A stretch of DNA of 64,000 nt from Lama glama (taxonomy: Eukaryota): NCBI GenBank assembly GCA_028534125.1, contig CM052817.1:90398001-90462000 (forward strand). The letters run 5' to 3'. The position numbers and the translations under genes were made by a program. The first letter of the stretch is position 1; each line of letters starts with the position of its first letter. Shown piece by piece: positions 12,200-22,910 of the stretch. The notes under the pieces were generated by a model. The model was not told where the DNA came from, did not search any database, and saw only the letters and a program-made list of their open reading frames with translations.

Positions 12200-12985
12200 G
12201 GTATTTTACAGTGTGTCATTATAAAGAACAGTTCAGTTTACTATTTTTTTCCTCTTGGTGATTGCTTTTGTAAATTGTTTTTCTTTCCAGAGCTAATAGA
12301 TCACACTAATTAGTTCTAATTGTTTGTTGGTTTTGTTGTTGCCAATTCTAGGTAGATGATCACATAGTCTGTAAAGAGTGAGCTGTTTCTCTTCTCCTTC
12401 AATACTGCTCTTTTATGTTTCTTTTCTTATGCAATTAGACGTAATTGTCAGTATTCTTTTAAATACTAGTGAAGATAGTGGGCATCTTTGTCGTGTTTCC
12501 TATCTTAAAGGGAATGAATAATATTTCATTAGGGATTGGGATATAAAACCTTTTCAAATTAATGAAGTTTTTTCCCTTATCCTAATATCCTAAGAGTTTT
12601 ATTTTTAACAAAAAATGAATGTTTAACTTGATTAAATGCTTTTTCTACATTGATTGAAGTTGTTTATGACTTTTCTTATTTACCCTATTCACATCCTTAA
12701 ATACAGTAATCAAATTTATGATATCAAAAAACTTACATTTTTGTGATAAAATCTACATTTTCTTCATCTGTTATTTTAAATGGATTATTACATTCATTTA
12801 GCCAATGATTTATTTATAAATTTTACATTTCTTTCCACTAACATAAAATAGGAAATAGCTCTTTTTTGAAAGTTTGGTAGAACTCACACAGAAAACCTCC
12901 TCATGCTGTAGCCTTGCGAGAGAGGAAAACTTCAATGACCATTTCAGTTTCTTTATTGCTTATTGATCTGTTCAAATTCTTTTTT
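12200..12985 (-). mobile_element. Old L1 ORF2 fragment
   Basis: gggcatctttgtcgtgtttcctatcttaaagggaatg..., aaatgctttttctacattgattga; ORF 12901-13110 contains NLNRSISNKETEMVI. Confidence 0.75.
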
Positions 12986-15900
12986 CTCATTCTCGGAGAG
13001 AAAAGTAATTTACCCAATTTTCTGTTGCCATTTACTGACAGAGACAAAAATTTAGCTAAGGTTTCATTGATTCCATTGCTCATGCTCTTAACTACTGTAA
13101 TAACTATCATTCAGCCCTATCTCATTTAGACAATATCCTCCCTAAATATGGAGTATGAAAGGAGAATCAAATAGACAAACATAGTGCAAATTGTGTATAT
13201 AGAAGACTTGTTAGCCTGAAATATGGATTGAAGGCAGGTGTACTGAAGGGAGAAAAAAATAAATGAGAAAAGTTATTACAACAACCGAGGCACAAGTTGA
13301 AGAGTACAGAATGTATTATTGTTGATGGGAAACAAAAGAAAAGAAAATGGTAGATGGCCAAAACGAGAGAATTTGGAGTGAAATGTAAAAATAAATAAAT
13401 ACCCTGAAAAATGTGAAGTGGAAATATCCAGTTTCTTTGGCAAACGACAAAACACCTTAAATCATAAAAGAAAAAGACTGAAAGGAAGAAGTGGTCATGA
13501 ATGAATTCAGTTACATATCCCTGCGGTGTAAATATCCATTCTTTCTCCTCCTTGAGTTTCCCTCCCCTGTGGAGGGCGGGTCATTCATATAGCCTTCCTG
13601 GCTTCTCCTACTCACTCACTTCTCCCAAAGGATGGAGGAATGATTTAAAGAGGATCTTGGAAGAGTATCCCCATCCTTTCCTCCCTGTTTCCTTTGGGAT
13701 GAGCTCTAGAGAGTATTCTGCTCTGCCCCACCTCCAAGCCACCAGTTCTAGAGAATCAAACTTGAACCTCTCAGAGTGGGCCCTGCCCCAGGCCAAAGCT
13801 GTCAGTGATGAGGTGTCTAGATCTGTCTGATTCTGGGTCTTAATATTAGGATTAGGCGTAAGCCACATCTTCCAAAACAGCTTTACCATTCATAAGGTTT
13901 CTGTTTGGCTTCTCAGTTTGCCTATTCTTGTGTTTTGTCAATTAGGTCAGAACTCAGAATAGGAAAATGAGTGATATCTTTTGACTTCTTCAAGCACCAA
14001 ACATGCATTAAGACTGATATACAATACACTAGTGTTTAGAAATTTAAAATAAACAGTTGATTTGTTTGAAATGAAAACAAGAATTCATGAAACAGTCACA
14101 TAGAGGTGAAAGTTAAAGTTGTAGGAAAGAATTACAGAAACTGATTTTGAAGCTCCAGCTTTGGGAATTCTTTACAGAAGATGAAATAAGAGTTCATATT
14201 CCAGGATGCAGAGAACTACTTGGAATGGTAAGAGGTAAATCAGAAACCAAGGAAAAAGCAGTTTTTAAGAAAGAGGAGATTCTTGACAGGAACAGATTCC
14301 CAGAAGGCTTGGTAAGAACAGCGTTCATATATCTGTATGTGGTGGGGGGTGAGCACCATGGTGGTTGTCCTAGGATTTTGCAAAAGAGAGAGAGAAATTA
14401 TAGGACTCTTGAGGAAAGAAAGTACCCAATGTTTCTTCATTTCGTGGGAAATTTCAGTTCTAACACAGTCCACAAATACACTTAACACAGACCCTTTTAC
14501 ATAAAGTTACTTGAAACCTAGGAAGACTAGACAGTACATTGATGAAGGGCTTTGTGGCATGTGTATGTACTTGTGTAATTGTTGGGGAAGGGGGGAAGGA
14601 ATTAAGTTTGTCAAAAATGTGATTAAAAACTGGCTTTTGTGTTCAGCTGTGAAGTTTCCATTTTCAGTTGACTCCTTCAAGGTCAAAATAAAACACCAAA
14701 CAGCAATGAAAACCAAAACCAAATCCTGCCGTCTTTTATTCTCTCTCTTCTATCGGCTTTACTCTGCATTTCCTGAATTCCCATCCCGATTTCTTTTCAG
14801 ACTTTCTGCACTTTGCAGAAAATACTTAAATAGTATTTAAATCTAGAAAAATCTTGCTAAGGTTTGATTTGATTTGAGAGAGAAAAATGGATTTGCTTTG
14901 CTTTTTACCTCTTAGTTTATCCTCATCTCAAAGTTCTAAGTTGTAATGAACTAATTCTAACTTGAAAGAGAAGCATGAATCCAATCTCAATAGGGAAAAC
15001 TTGGTTTGTATTTTCACTATCGCCTCTATTCAAAGTTAGGAATTCCCAGTATTACTGACCTATATCCAATTCTGTGAATATTGATCCTGGAAGGATATAG
15101 AAATGTACCATCATTGTCTTCAGATTTTTCCTCTGAAGAAACAGAGACTGGCTCCTCTAAATTTTCCACACCTTAGAATGAAGAATTACTGTAGGAAAAC
15201 TTAAGGATATAAATAAACATGCAATAATAACTCATGAGACCAGCAGCTTGACCATAATTGCTTCCCTAGACCCATCTTTAGTCTATATTTAGACTCTATT
15301 TCTACTATTGACTATTTCTCCAAATCTCTATTCAACCAAAAGAGAAATATTTCCTGAAAGCTTTTGTTTAATCAGTACATAAATTATATGTATCTAATCT
15401 GTTGATGGGTTGATTTTCTTAGATCAAATTCAATCAACTCTGGTTGGCTATAAGAGTGAGAGGGAGGGGTCATTACATGGTGTAAATTATTGCTCACCCA
15501 CATGGCTGAACAGACAGGATGGATGGCAAGCCAGCAGGAATGAGAAATAATAACTCAGTACCATGATCACCAATATTTTTTAATATTACTCATACACATA
15601 ATATTATCCCATGTTTGATTAAAGACACCTGCTCTCTCCTCAGACATTCAGACAACTCATCCTATATTAATGATACAGTTTCATGGCCTATGCTCTTTTC
15701 AGTATCATAAGCCAATCCTGATGTTAACACCATTCTGTGACCTTTGACATTTTTAGTCATTACCAATATATCCTGTACAGAATGATTGGGGAAAGCAAAC
15801 ATAACATTCAATAATTGTAATTCCTATTTAATTTTAAGAAAAGAAGAAATTACTATGAATCTCATTAGTGGGTACGAACCTCTGCAGCTAGTTAACAGGT

Positions 15901-16339
15901 CTTTCCTTTACTCATTTCTACGTTCTACAGGCATTGAGCCAGATTATCTTTATTACAGATGAATCTAAGTCCATGTTGTAGTTGCCCCTTAACGTTCAGT
16001 TATTCTTACAAATGGTAAGATAAATATACACTTGGAAATCATCTGCATTTTACCCTTAGTGTATTTGGCCTCCACTAGGCAGAAGAAGTATTATTTACTA
16101 TTGAAAATTAGTCATTTATTCATCCAACAATGTAAATTTGTCTACCTTTATATAAAACAAACACAAAATTGTGTTCTCGTATGTAATAAGGAGCCCACGT
16201 TTCCAAGGTTTTATTTCAAATTGATTGGGACCATTATTATTCCCCTCGGTAGACATGTCACTCCATTTGGTGGTGAACCTCAGACCCATAGACACAAGAA
16301 TAGAGTTCAGGAACATTTTGAGAGTTTCTTATGTGTAAT

Positions 16340-16930
16340 GTTTTGATGAATTCTTAGCCATTATTTCCTTAAATATTACTTCTGCCCCAATTCTCCCTCC
16401 TCCTCCTACAGAAGCAGATTGTGTGACTATTCAACCATTTTACTCTACCTTTGGTGAAAGGTGTTTTTTTCCACTTATTTTCCTGCTACATATCTATCTA
16501 CACCACATTTTGGATATTTCTTTCTCATCTGTTTTGCAGTTCATTTATTCTCTCTTCTGCTCTGTCTACTCAGCTTAATTTTAGTTCTCGTTTATTTATT
16601 TATTTATTTTTACTTTAGTTATGGTGTCTTTTAGTTGCAGAAGTCATTTGGGGTTATTTTTATAGTTTTTAGATCTCTACTGATATTTGCACAATTACTT
16701 AATTCTACACACTAAGAAAATAATTGTTTTTGGTTGGGCAAGCAGGTCTTGTAGAGGAGATCCCCATGGATCAAATATTTACTTATTGTATATATATTGC
16801 AAAGATAATTTTCTGTATTAAACTTTCAGTAGGTTTGGTTCAATTTTCTGCTTTTTTATTGGTTTTCATTTTATTTTCTCCTGATGTGCATTGTTTAAAG
16901 TATATGGAGGCTGTCCCTTGATCAGAGACA
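16340..16930 (-). mobile_element. Old L1 ORF1-region fragment
   Basis: aattcttagccattatttccttaaatattacttctgcccc...ttcatttattctctcttctgctctgtcta, typical of antisense L1M ORF1. Confidence 0.6.
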
Positions 16931-17164
16931 CAAGTTTCATCTCACAATGAAACTTCTTAGGACTTTGTCCAGCCTATGTGGTTGTGATTTAGAAAGGATG
17001 CATTAGAGAGTTGGATATTGGGTAAAACTCCTGAGGGTCCCGACTTCCTATCAGATAAGTCAGCTCTCTACTGGGGCCAAGTAACAGATTCAGACTTAGC
17101 ACAGAGCAGTGGACCAAGGGGAGGAGGGCTGTGCTCCACACCTAAAGCACAGGTGAGGATCAGA

Positions 17165-17832
17165 GCCAAAAGCACCAACTAGTTGTGAAATTTTTGCCCC
17201 CAAACACCAAAAACCTGGTCAAAAACACCTGTAATTTACAGACTTTGAAGGAAATATGTGGCTCCAGAGAAGACTTTGTTATCGCAGCTCTCATGATTGG
17301 TTCCAAAGTTTCTTGCTGTAGGGGACTCACTCAGATTCGTTTGGTGAGTTGGTAGAGAGGATTTAATAAAATGTCCAGGTCTAGAATGCACCATTTCCAA
17401 AATGTAAAAGCCCAGTCAAGGATCAAGCCTCTATCTTTGTAGTCAGTAACTAGAGATATAGAATTGCTGCTGTTGTTTTTGTTGTTATTATTAAGAGGAG
17501 GATATGGAATGTCCCCTTGGATTCTGAGGCAATCACTGGAATGCAGAGCCTTAGATACTGACCCCATCCATGGCCCATATATAGTCAACTGGCTTGGATG
17601 ACTTACAATATAATGAAGCCATTTTTATCAGTATTTCTAAGACTATCAACATCTCATCAGTGTAATGGAATGTTCAAATTTCAACTAGCAGTATAGTATT
17701 CTACAGTTGGTCCAACTGATTGATAACATAGTTTGGGATTTCAAGTAATAACAGTATATGGAATACCTTTCTGAATGAAGGCAAACAGACATCGACTGTA
17801 TTTTTGGAAAAGTGTTTTAAAAAGACAGCATT
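17165..17832 (+). mobile_element. Ancient RTE-clade LINE, N-terminal half of the RT domain
   Basis: KAPTSCEIFA (17169; cf. KAPG.D.I.AE), KPLSL*SV (17425; cf. RPISLLSV), AIFISISKTI (17618; cf. .FIDF.KAFD), QLVQLIDNI (17704), RQH.. (17823; continues at 20203). Confidence 0.65.
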
Positions 17833-19315
17833 AGCTATGAGCAGTGGGGTGCATGTCTATTTTCGAATTAGTGGTTTTGGTTTTTTGGGGTACAAATCCA
17901 TGAGTGGAATTGCTGGATCATACAGCTGAGGAACTCCATATTGTTTTCCACAGCAGTTGCACCAATTTACATTCCTACCAACAGTGTACAAGGGTTCTCT
18001 TTTGTCCACATCCTCACTAATACTTGTTACCTGTAGACTTTTTGATGATAACCATTCTGACAGGTGTGAGGTGGTGTTTCATTGAGGTTTTAATTTGCAT
18101 TTTCTAGTAATTAGCTATGCTGAACATCTTTTCATTTGCCTGTTAGCCATCTGTATGTCTTCTTTGGGAAAAAAAGTGTCTATTCCAGTCTCCTGCCCAT
18201 TTTTGATTGGGCTGGGCTTTTTTGATATTGAGCTGTATGAGCTGTTTATATATTTTGTAGATAGTTTCCTTTGCTGTGTGAAAGCTTTGAAGTTTAATGT
18301 GGTCCCGATTGTTTATTTTTGTTTTTCTTTCTTTTGCCTTAGGAGACAGAGACAGAGCCAAAAAACAAAAAAAACAAAAAACTTCTACAATTTATGTCAA
18401 AGAGTGTTCTGTCAATCTTCTCTTTTAGAAGTTTTATGGCTTCAAATCTTACATTTAGGTCCTTAGTCCATTTTGAATTTATTTTTCTGTATGGTGTGAG
18501 AAAATGTTCAAATCCCACTGTTTTACATGTAGATGTCCAGTTTTTCCAGCAGCATTTATGGAAGAGACTGTCTTTTCTCCACTGATATTCCTTCCTCCTT
18601 TGTCATAAATTAATTGACCATAGGTACATGGGTTTATTTCTGAGCTCTCTATTTATTCCATTGATCTGTGCATCTGGTGAGCCCATATCATGCTATTTTG
18701 ATGTAGCTTTGTACTATAGTCTGAAGTCTGGGACAGTGATACCTCCAGCTTTGTCCTTTTTCCTTAAGACTGATTTTACAATTCAGTGTATTTTATGGGT
18801 TCATATGAACTTTAGAACTATTTGCTCTAGTTCTGTGAAAAATGTCATGGATATCTTGATAGGGATTGCATTCGATCACTTTAGGCAGTATGGTCGTTTT
18901 AACAATGTTAATTCTTCCAATCTAAGAGCATGGGGTCTTTCCACTTCTTTGTATCTTCAATTTCTTTCATCAGTGTTTTATAGTTTTCAGAGTATAGGTC
19001 TTTTACCTCCTTAATTAAGTTTATTCATAGGTATTTTATTCTTTTTGATGCAATTTTTAATGTTTTCTTTTTTTGCTTTTTCTATCTGATAGCTCATTAT
19101 TAGTATATGGAAAAATCAACAGATATCCATATAATATTCTTGTATTCTGTAACTTTGCTGAAGCCATGTATTAGTTCTAATTGCCTTTGTTGGAGATTTT
19201 AGGGTTTTATATATGAAGTATCATGTCATCTGCAAATAGTGACAGTTCTATTACTTCCCTTCCAATTTTGATGACTTTTATTTCTTTTTCCTGTCTGATT
19301 GCTGTAGCTAGAACT
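17833..19315 (-). mobile_element. Inverted L1 ORF2 segment
   Basis: Antisense ORF2; ORF 18143-18361 (KTKINNRDHIKLQSFHTAKETI); ggggtgcatgtctattttcgaattag at the left end. Confidence 0.95.
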
Positions 19316-19395
19316 GTAAAAATACTGAACTACTATGCTGTACACCTGAAACTAATATAATATTACAAATCAACTATACTTCAATTAAAAGAAAG
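19316..19395 (+). mobile_element. Short L1 3' terminus
   Basis: actatgctgtacacctgaaactaatataatattacaaatcaactatacttcaattaaaa. Confidence 0.85.
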
Positions 19396-20040
19396 AGATT
19401 AAATATGATCCAGGAATCCCACTCCTGGGCATATATCTAGAGGGAACTCTAATTCGAAAAGACACATGCACCCCAATGTTTATAGCAACACTACCTACAA
19501 TAGCCAAGACATGGAAACAGCCTAAATGTCCATAAACAGATGACTGGATAAAGAAGCAGTGGTATATTTCTACAATGGGATACTACTCAGCCATAAAAAA
19601 TAACAAAATAATGCCATTTTCATCAACATGGATGGACCTGAAGATTGTCATTCTAAGTGAAATAAGACAGAAATAGAAAGAAAAATACCACATATCACTT
19701 ATATGTGGAATCTAAAAAAAAAGACATGAACTTATTTACAAAACAAACAGGCTCACAGACATAGAAAACACACTTACCGTTAACAGCAGGGAAGGGGGTG
19801 GGGAAGGATAAATTGCGAGTTTGAGATTTGCAGATATCAACTACTGTATATAAAATAGATAAACAAGTTTATACTGTATAGCACAGGGAACTATATTCAA
19901 TATCTTGTAACTTATGGTGAAAAAGAATATCAAAATGATATGTGTGTATATGTATAACTGAACTATTATGCTGTATACCAGAAACTGACACAACATTGTA
20001 AACTGACTATACTTCAGTAAAAAAGAGAAATTAAAAAAGA
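19396..20040 (+). mobile_element. L1 ORF2 end plus 3'UTR (cetartiodactyl/camelid type)
   Basis: tatgatccaggaatcccactcctgggcatatatc...gggtggggaaggataaattg..gactatacttcagtaaaaaa; possible TSD aaaagaaag. Confidence 0.95.
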
Positions 20041-20202
20041 AAGTATTAGTAATATTCAAAAGAACATGTCAGGGGCCAATAGTGTCTGCAGTTTGCCATG
20101 ATGTCAGGCACAGGAGGAACGACGGAGACTGCTTCCTCTGTGGTATACAGAACCAGTCGTTTTCACCAGCCAGACAGGGCTGTTAAAGTAAAAGACAGCA
20201 TT

Positions 20203-21130
20203 GCATAGCATCCCCACCTATTTTAAGCCTTGTAATGAAAAGACTAAATTCTTGTTCTCCTCTTAGCACAGGAATAATGTCTCCATTGTTCCATCCTGGT
20301 GACCTTTAAGCTTTTAAGACTTTCTTGACTGTACATGTGGTTCACAATTACAGAATCCTACAGCAGGTTGTAAATGAATTTATCTCATCAACAACAACAC
20401 ACATTCATACACCTGGGTATTATTATCAGTTATACAGCCTGACATCAAAAACAGCCAGCAAATCCCAAAACAAAAAGCTAAAACAACAGCCACCTTAGCT
20501 CTGGTAGCCACCAAGTTTAAGAATTTGGAGAGATTCCTCTAGGGAGTTCAGATTGTGCGCACTAGGTCTTGGACATGTTCTAGCTTACTCTGTCAACACA
20601 GTTCTCTGAAGTCTGGATTTTTGTTCAACCAACTGGTTTATTTGTGTCTTTGCCCCCTAGAAATAGCCAAGGAAAACAATTCCAGGGTTTGGTTTTTTTC
20701 CATGAGCTGGTTAAGATCCATTTGAACTAAGTCTATTTGTCCCTTTCATATTATGAGAAAGGTCTGCAACAATAGCTAAGGTGACTCACCCTTGTGATTG
20801 TGTCACCTCCCAGTTTTCAGCCACAACATATGACTATTCTTGCAGATTCCCCCCATACTGCAAAAGCTAGCCTCCTTTTCACTGCTGATCTGCAGTTCCA
20901 ATTATCCATGATTTACTTTTATGACTTACTTCTCTGTAAAGATTCTTGCTTCTTTGGGGGCAATAGTGACTGAGTACCACCCATTCCAGTCCTTGGCTAT
21001 GATAACTGAGCAGCCACCACCGGTCCTGGCTTCTGGATTCCATGGTTATCCTGCTTACTCTATGGCTTCTGAATCCTTGGCCCACCCAGCTTGATCCTGG
21101 GCTATGAAATAACATTGTGGTCCCCTACCT
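20203..21130 (+). mobile_element. Ancient RTE-clade LINE, RT C-terminal half and ORF end
   Basis: CIASPPILSLVMKRL (20202), LDCT (20324; decayed LDYADD), ILQQVVNEF, TFIHLGIIIS (20401; cf. F.YLGS.IS), LRIWRD (20517), SEVW (20605; cf. CETW), MSWLRSI (20702), TQLDPGL*NNIV (21084; cf. A.DR..WR.IV). Confidence 0.7.
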
Positions 21131-21704
21131 GTGGCAGGAAAAGTGGTTTTCTCAGCATTTCTGCCACTTTTTTATAGTCTCCCTACAGCCACTGTCCCTA
21201 GGAGGCGATGTTTCTCATCTCCAAGATAAGCCAGTTAAACACTACTACTTACAAGAATATATTGCACAGGGACAGAGTAATGTTTGTCCTTTCATTGTTG
21301 CCAACTCTTTCATAAATGGCACACCCATTCAGCTAGTAAAAGTATAAAAATAGGGTTTGTTAAGAAAAAATAATTAATGAAGTAGCAGAGCACACGCTGA
21401 CCTCCAGTCCTTATTTTTTTCCAGAGAGGAATACTTAGACTGGATAGAGTTAGACTGTATGCACCATGGCAAATATTCCAATAGAGAAAAACTTGATCTT
21501 CGAAATGCCCTATCATTTATAAGGAAGAGGATCAAGGAACATCTATATAGCAATGGAAGGCTCCTGGTGGAGAAGTTTCCTCAATAACTTATAATTCCCT
21601 GTTCTGCTATTGGTCCAACTCTCTGTTAAATTGCCAGAAATGGGAAGAAATGAGCCTCAGGACCATCCATATTTGTTTTGTCTCCTAAAGGTATCTTGGT
21701 CTGA

Positions 21705-21760
21705 TTTTTTTTTTTTTAGGTTTTTTGGGGGGGGCAGGGGGATGAGGGGTAATTAGGTTT
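21705..21760 (-). mobile_element. Vic-1-like SINE 3' tail only
   Basis: Poly-T plus gggg..ggggtaattaggttt, the same tail motif as the SINE at 11495. Confidence 0.55.
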
Positions 21761-22079
21761 GACACCGAGATGCAGGACTTGCAAAGAAGTTGTAAGAAAA
21801 CCAGTCATATACTCTTACTTAATCACACACTTCTAATCTAAAAGTTCCTAGAAACTTAAGTTGGAATTCAAAGAGGATTTATTTGAAAAGAGTTTCTCTA
21901 CGAGTCTCACCACTCCAAAGAATACAGAGTTTACTATACCTCCTGAACTCAAGCCCAGTGAAAGGGCTTCCAAACTATTCAGTAGAAATCTTGGTCCAAC
22001 ATCTCTGTTATTTGTGAGATGATCAATAAACTACTGTCTGAGCCATTCCTTAGAAATTTAAATGGATAGAGGGGCTGGC

Positions 22080-22910
22080 TGAGGGTCTTCAAAAGAGCAG
22101 AACAGAAGCCACAGTTTTAGAATTTCATTTTCAGCATTAGCAAGGAGAGAGAACTAGTATTTCCTTGGACCAAATATGGGCCCTAATTAGATGAAAGAGC
22201 TGGTATGGGATCATGTTGGATACTTCAAGACAAACACCCAGATAAAAGTAAAAGCAAAACAACAACAACAACAACAACATCAAAACCTCAGCAAAAATAA
22301 GCTGAAGTTGATAATGGATGCATAGCCATTGAAGAACAAATAAGGAACCAGGGGAAACAGCGATATATTTACTCTTTCAAGGAAACCATAGTTGACCAAT
22401 TCACTGAGATTGGGGGACGGCAGATGGGAACATTTTCAACAGAAAAACAGAACCACCTGATGAGAGTCTACTAGGGTCAGAAAAGGATAATTCCAGAACA
22501 GTGCCACATAGGTACAGCTGCTCCTGTCCCTTTCCTTCCTTTTCTTTTCCAGGACCAGAAGTCATGGCTAACTGAGTAGAAAGGTTGGAACTGACAAAGC
22601 AGAGTGAGAAGAGCCTGACCTTGCCAGCCCTGTGACAGACTGACCTGGTTCCAAAAGTGGAGACTCGAGTGGAATTTGAACTTCTATAACTGTTGCACTG
22701 AACCAGGCATATCGACTCCTCAACCGAATCTGTTTTCTGAGTCTAAGCAGTCAAAGAACTTTCTTATACTTAATATTCACAAAAAAAGACAAAGTACTCT
22801 TTTCATCTAGTTAGGAGAAGAACTGGAATCACAAAATCTAAAGTGGCAGTGGAAGAAAAAAGATTCTTTATGTTCACATTTCATGAATTATGTTTGTTCA
22901 ACTATATATT
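22080..22910 (+). mobile_element. Possible ancient Gypsy-type LTR (MamGypLTR/LTR8x-like)
   Basis: End gtggcagtggaagaaaaaagattctttatgttcacatttcatgaattatgtttgttcaa resembles the 3' end of that LTR group; very decayed. Confidence 0.3.

Noticed and set aside
16066..16085. CTCF-like motif tggcctccactaggcaga
   Set aside because: The 3' half departs from the core consensus (AGGTGGC/AGGGGGC).
20400..20530. Minus-strand GPCR TM6-like peptide RAKVAVVLAFCFGICWL
   Set aside because: It is the antisense reading of an A-rich stretch of the RTE fossil. The plus-strand motifs explain the region, and no other TM segments line up.
17165..21130. BovB horizontal-transfer copy
   Set aside because: Far too decayed, and no BovB/Bov-A sequence is recognisable. 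An ancient mammalian RTE is more parsimonious.
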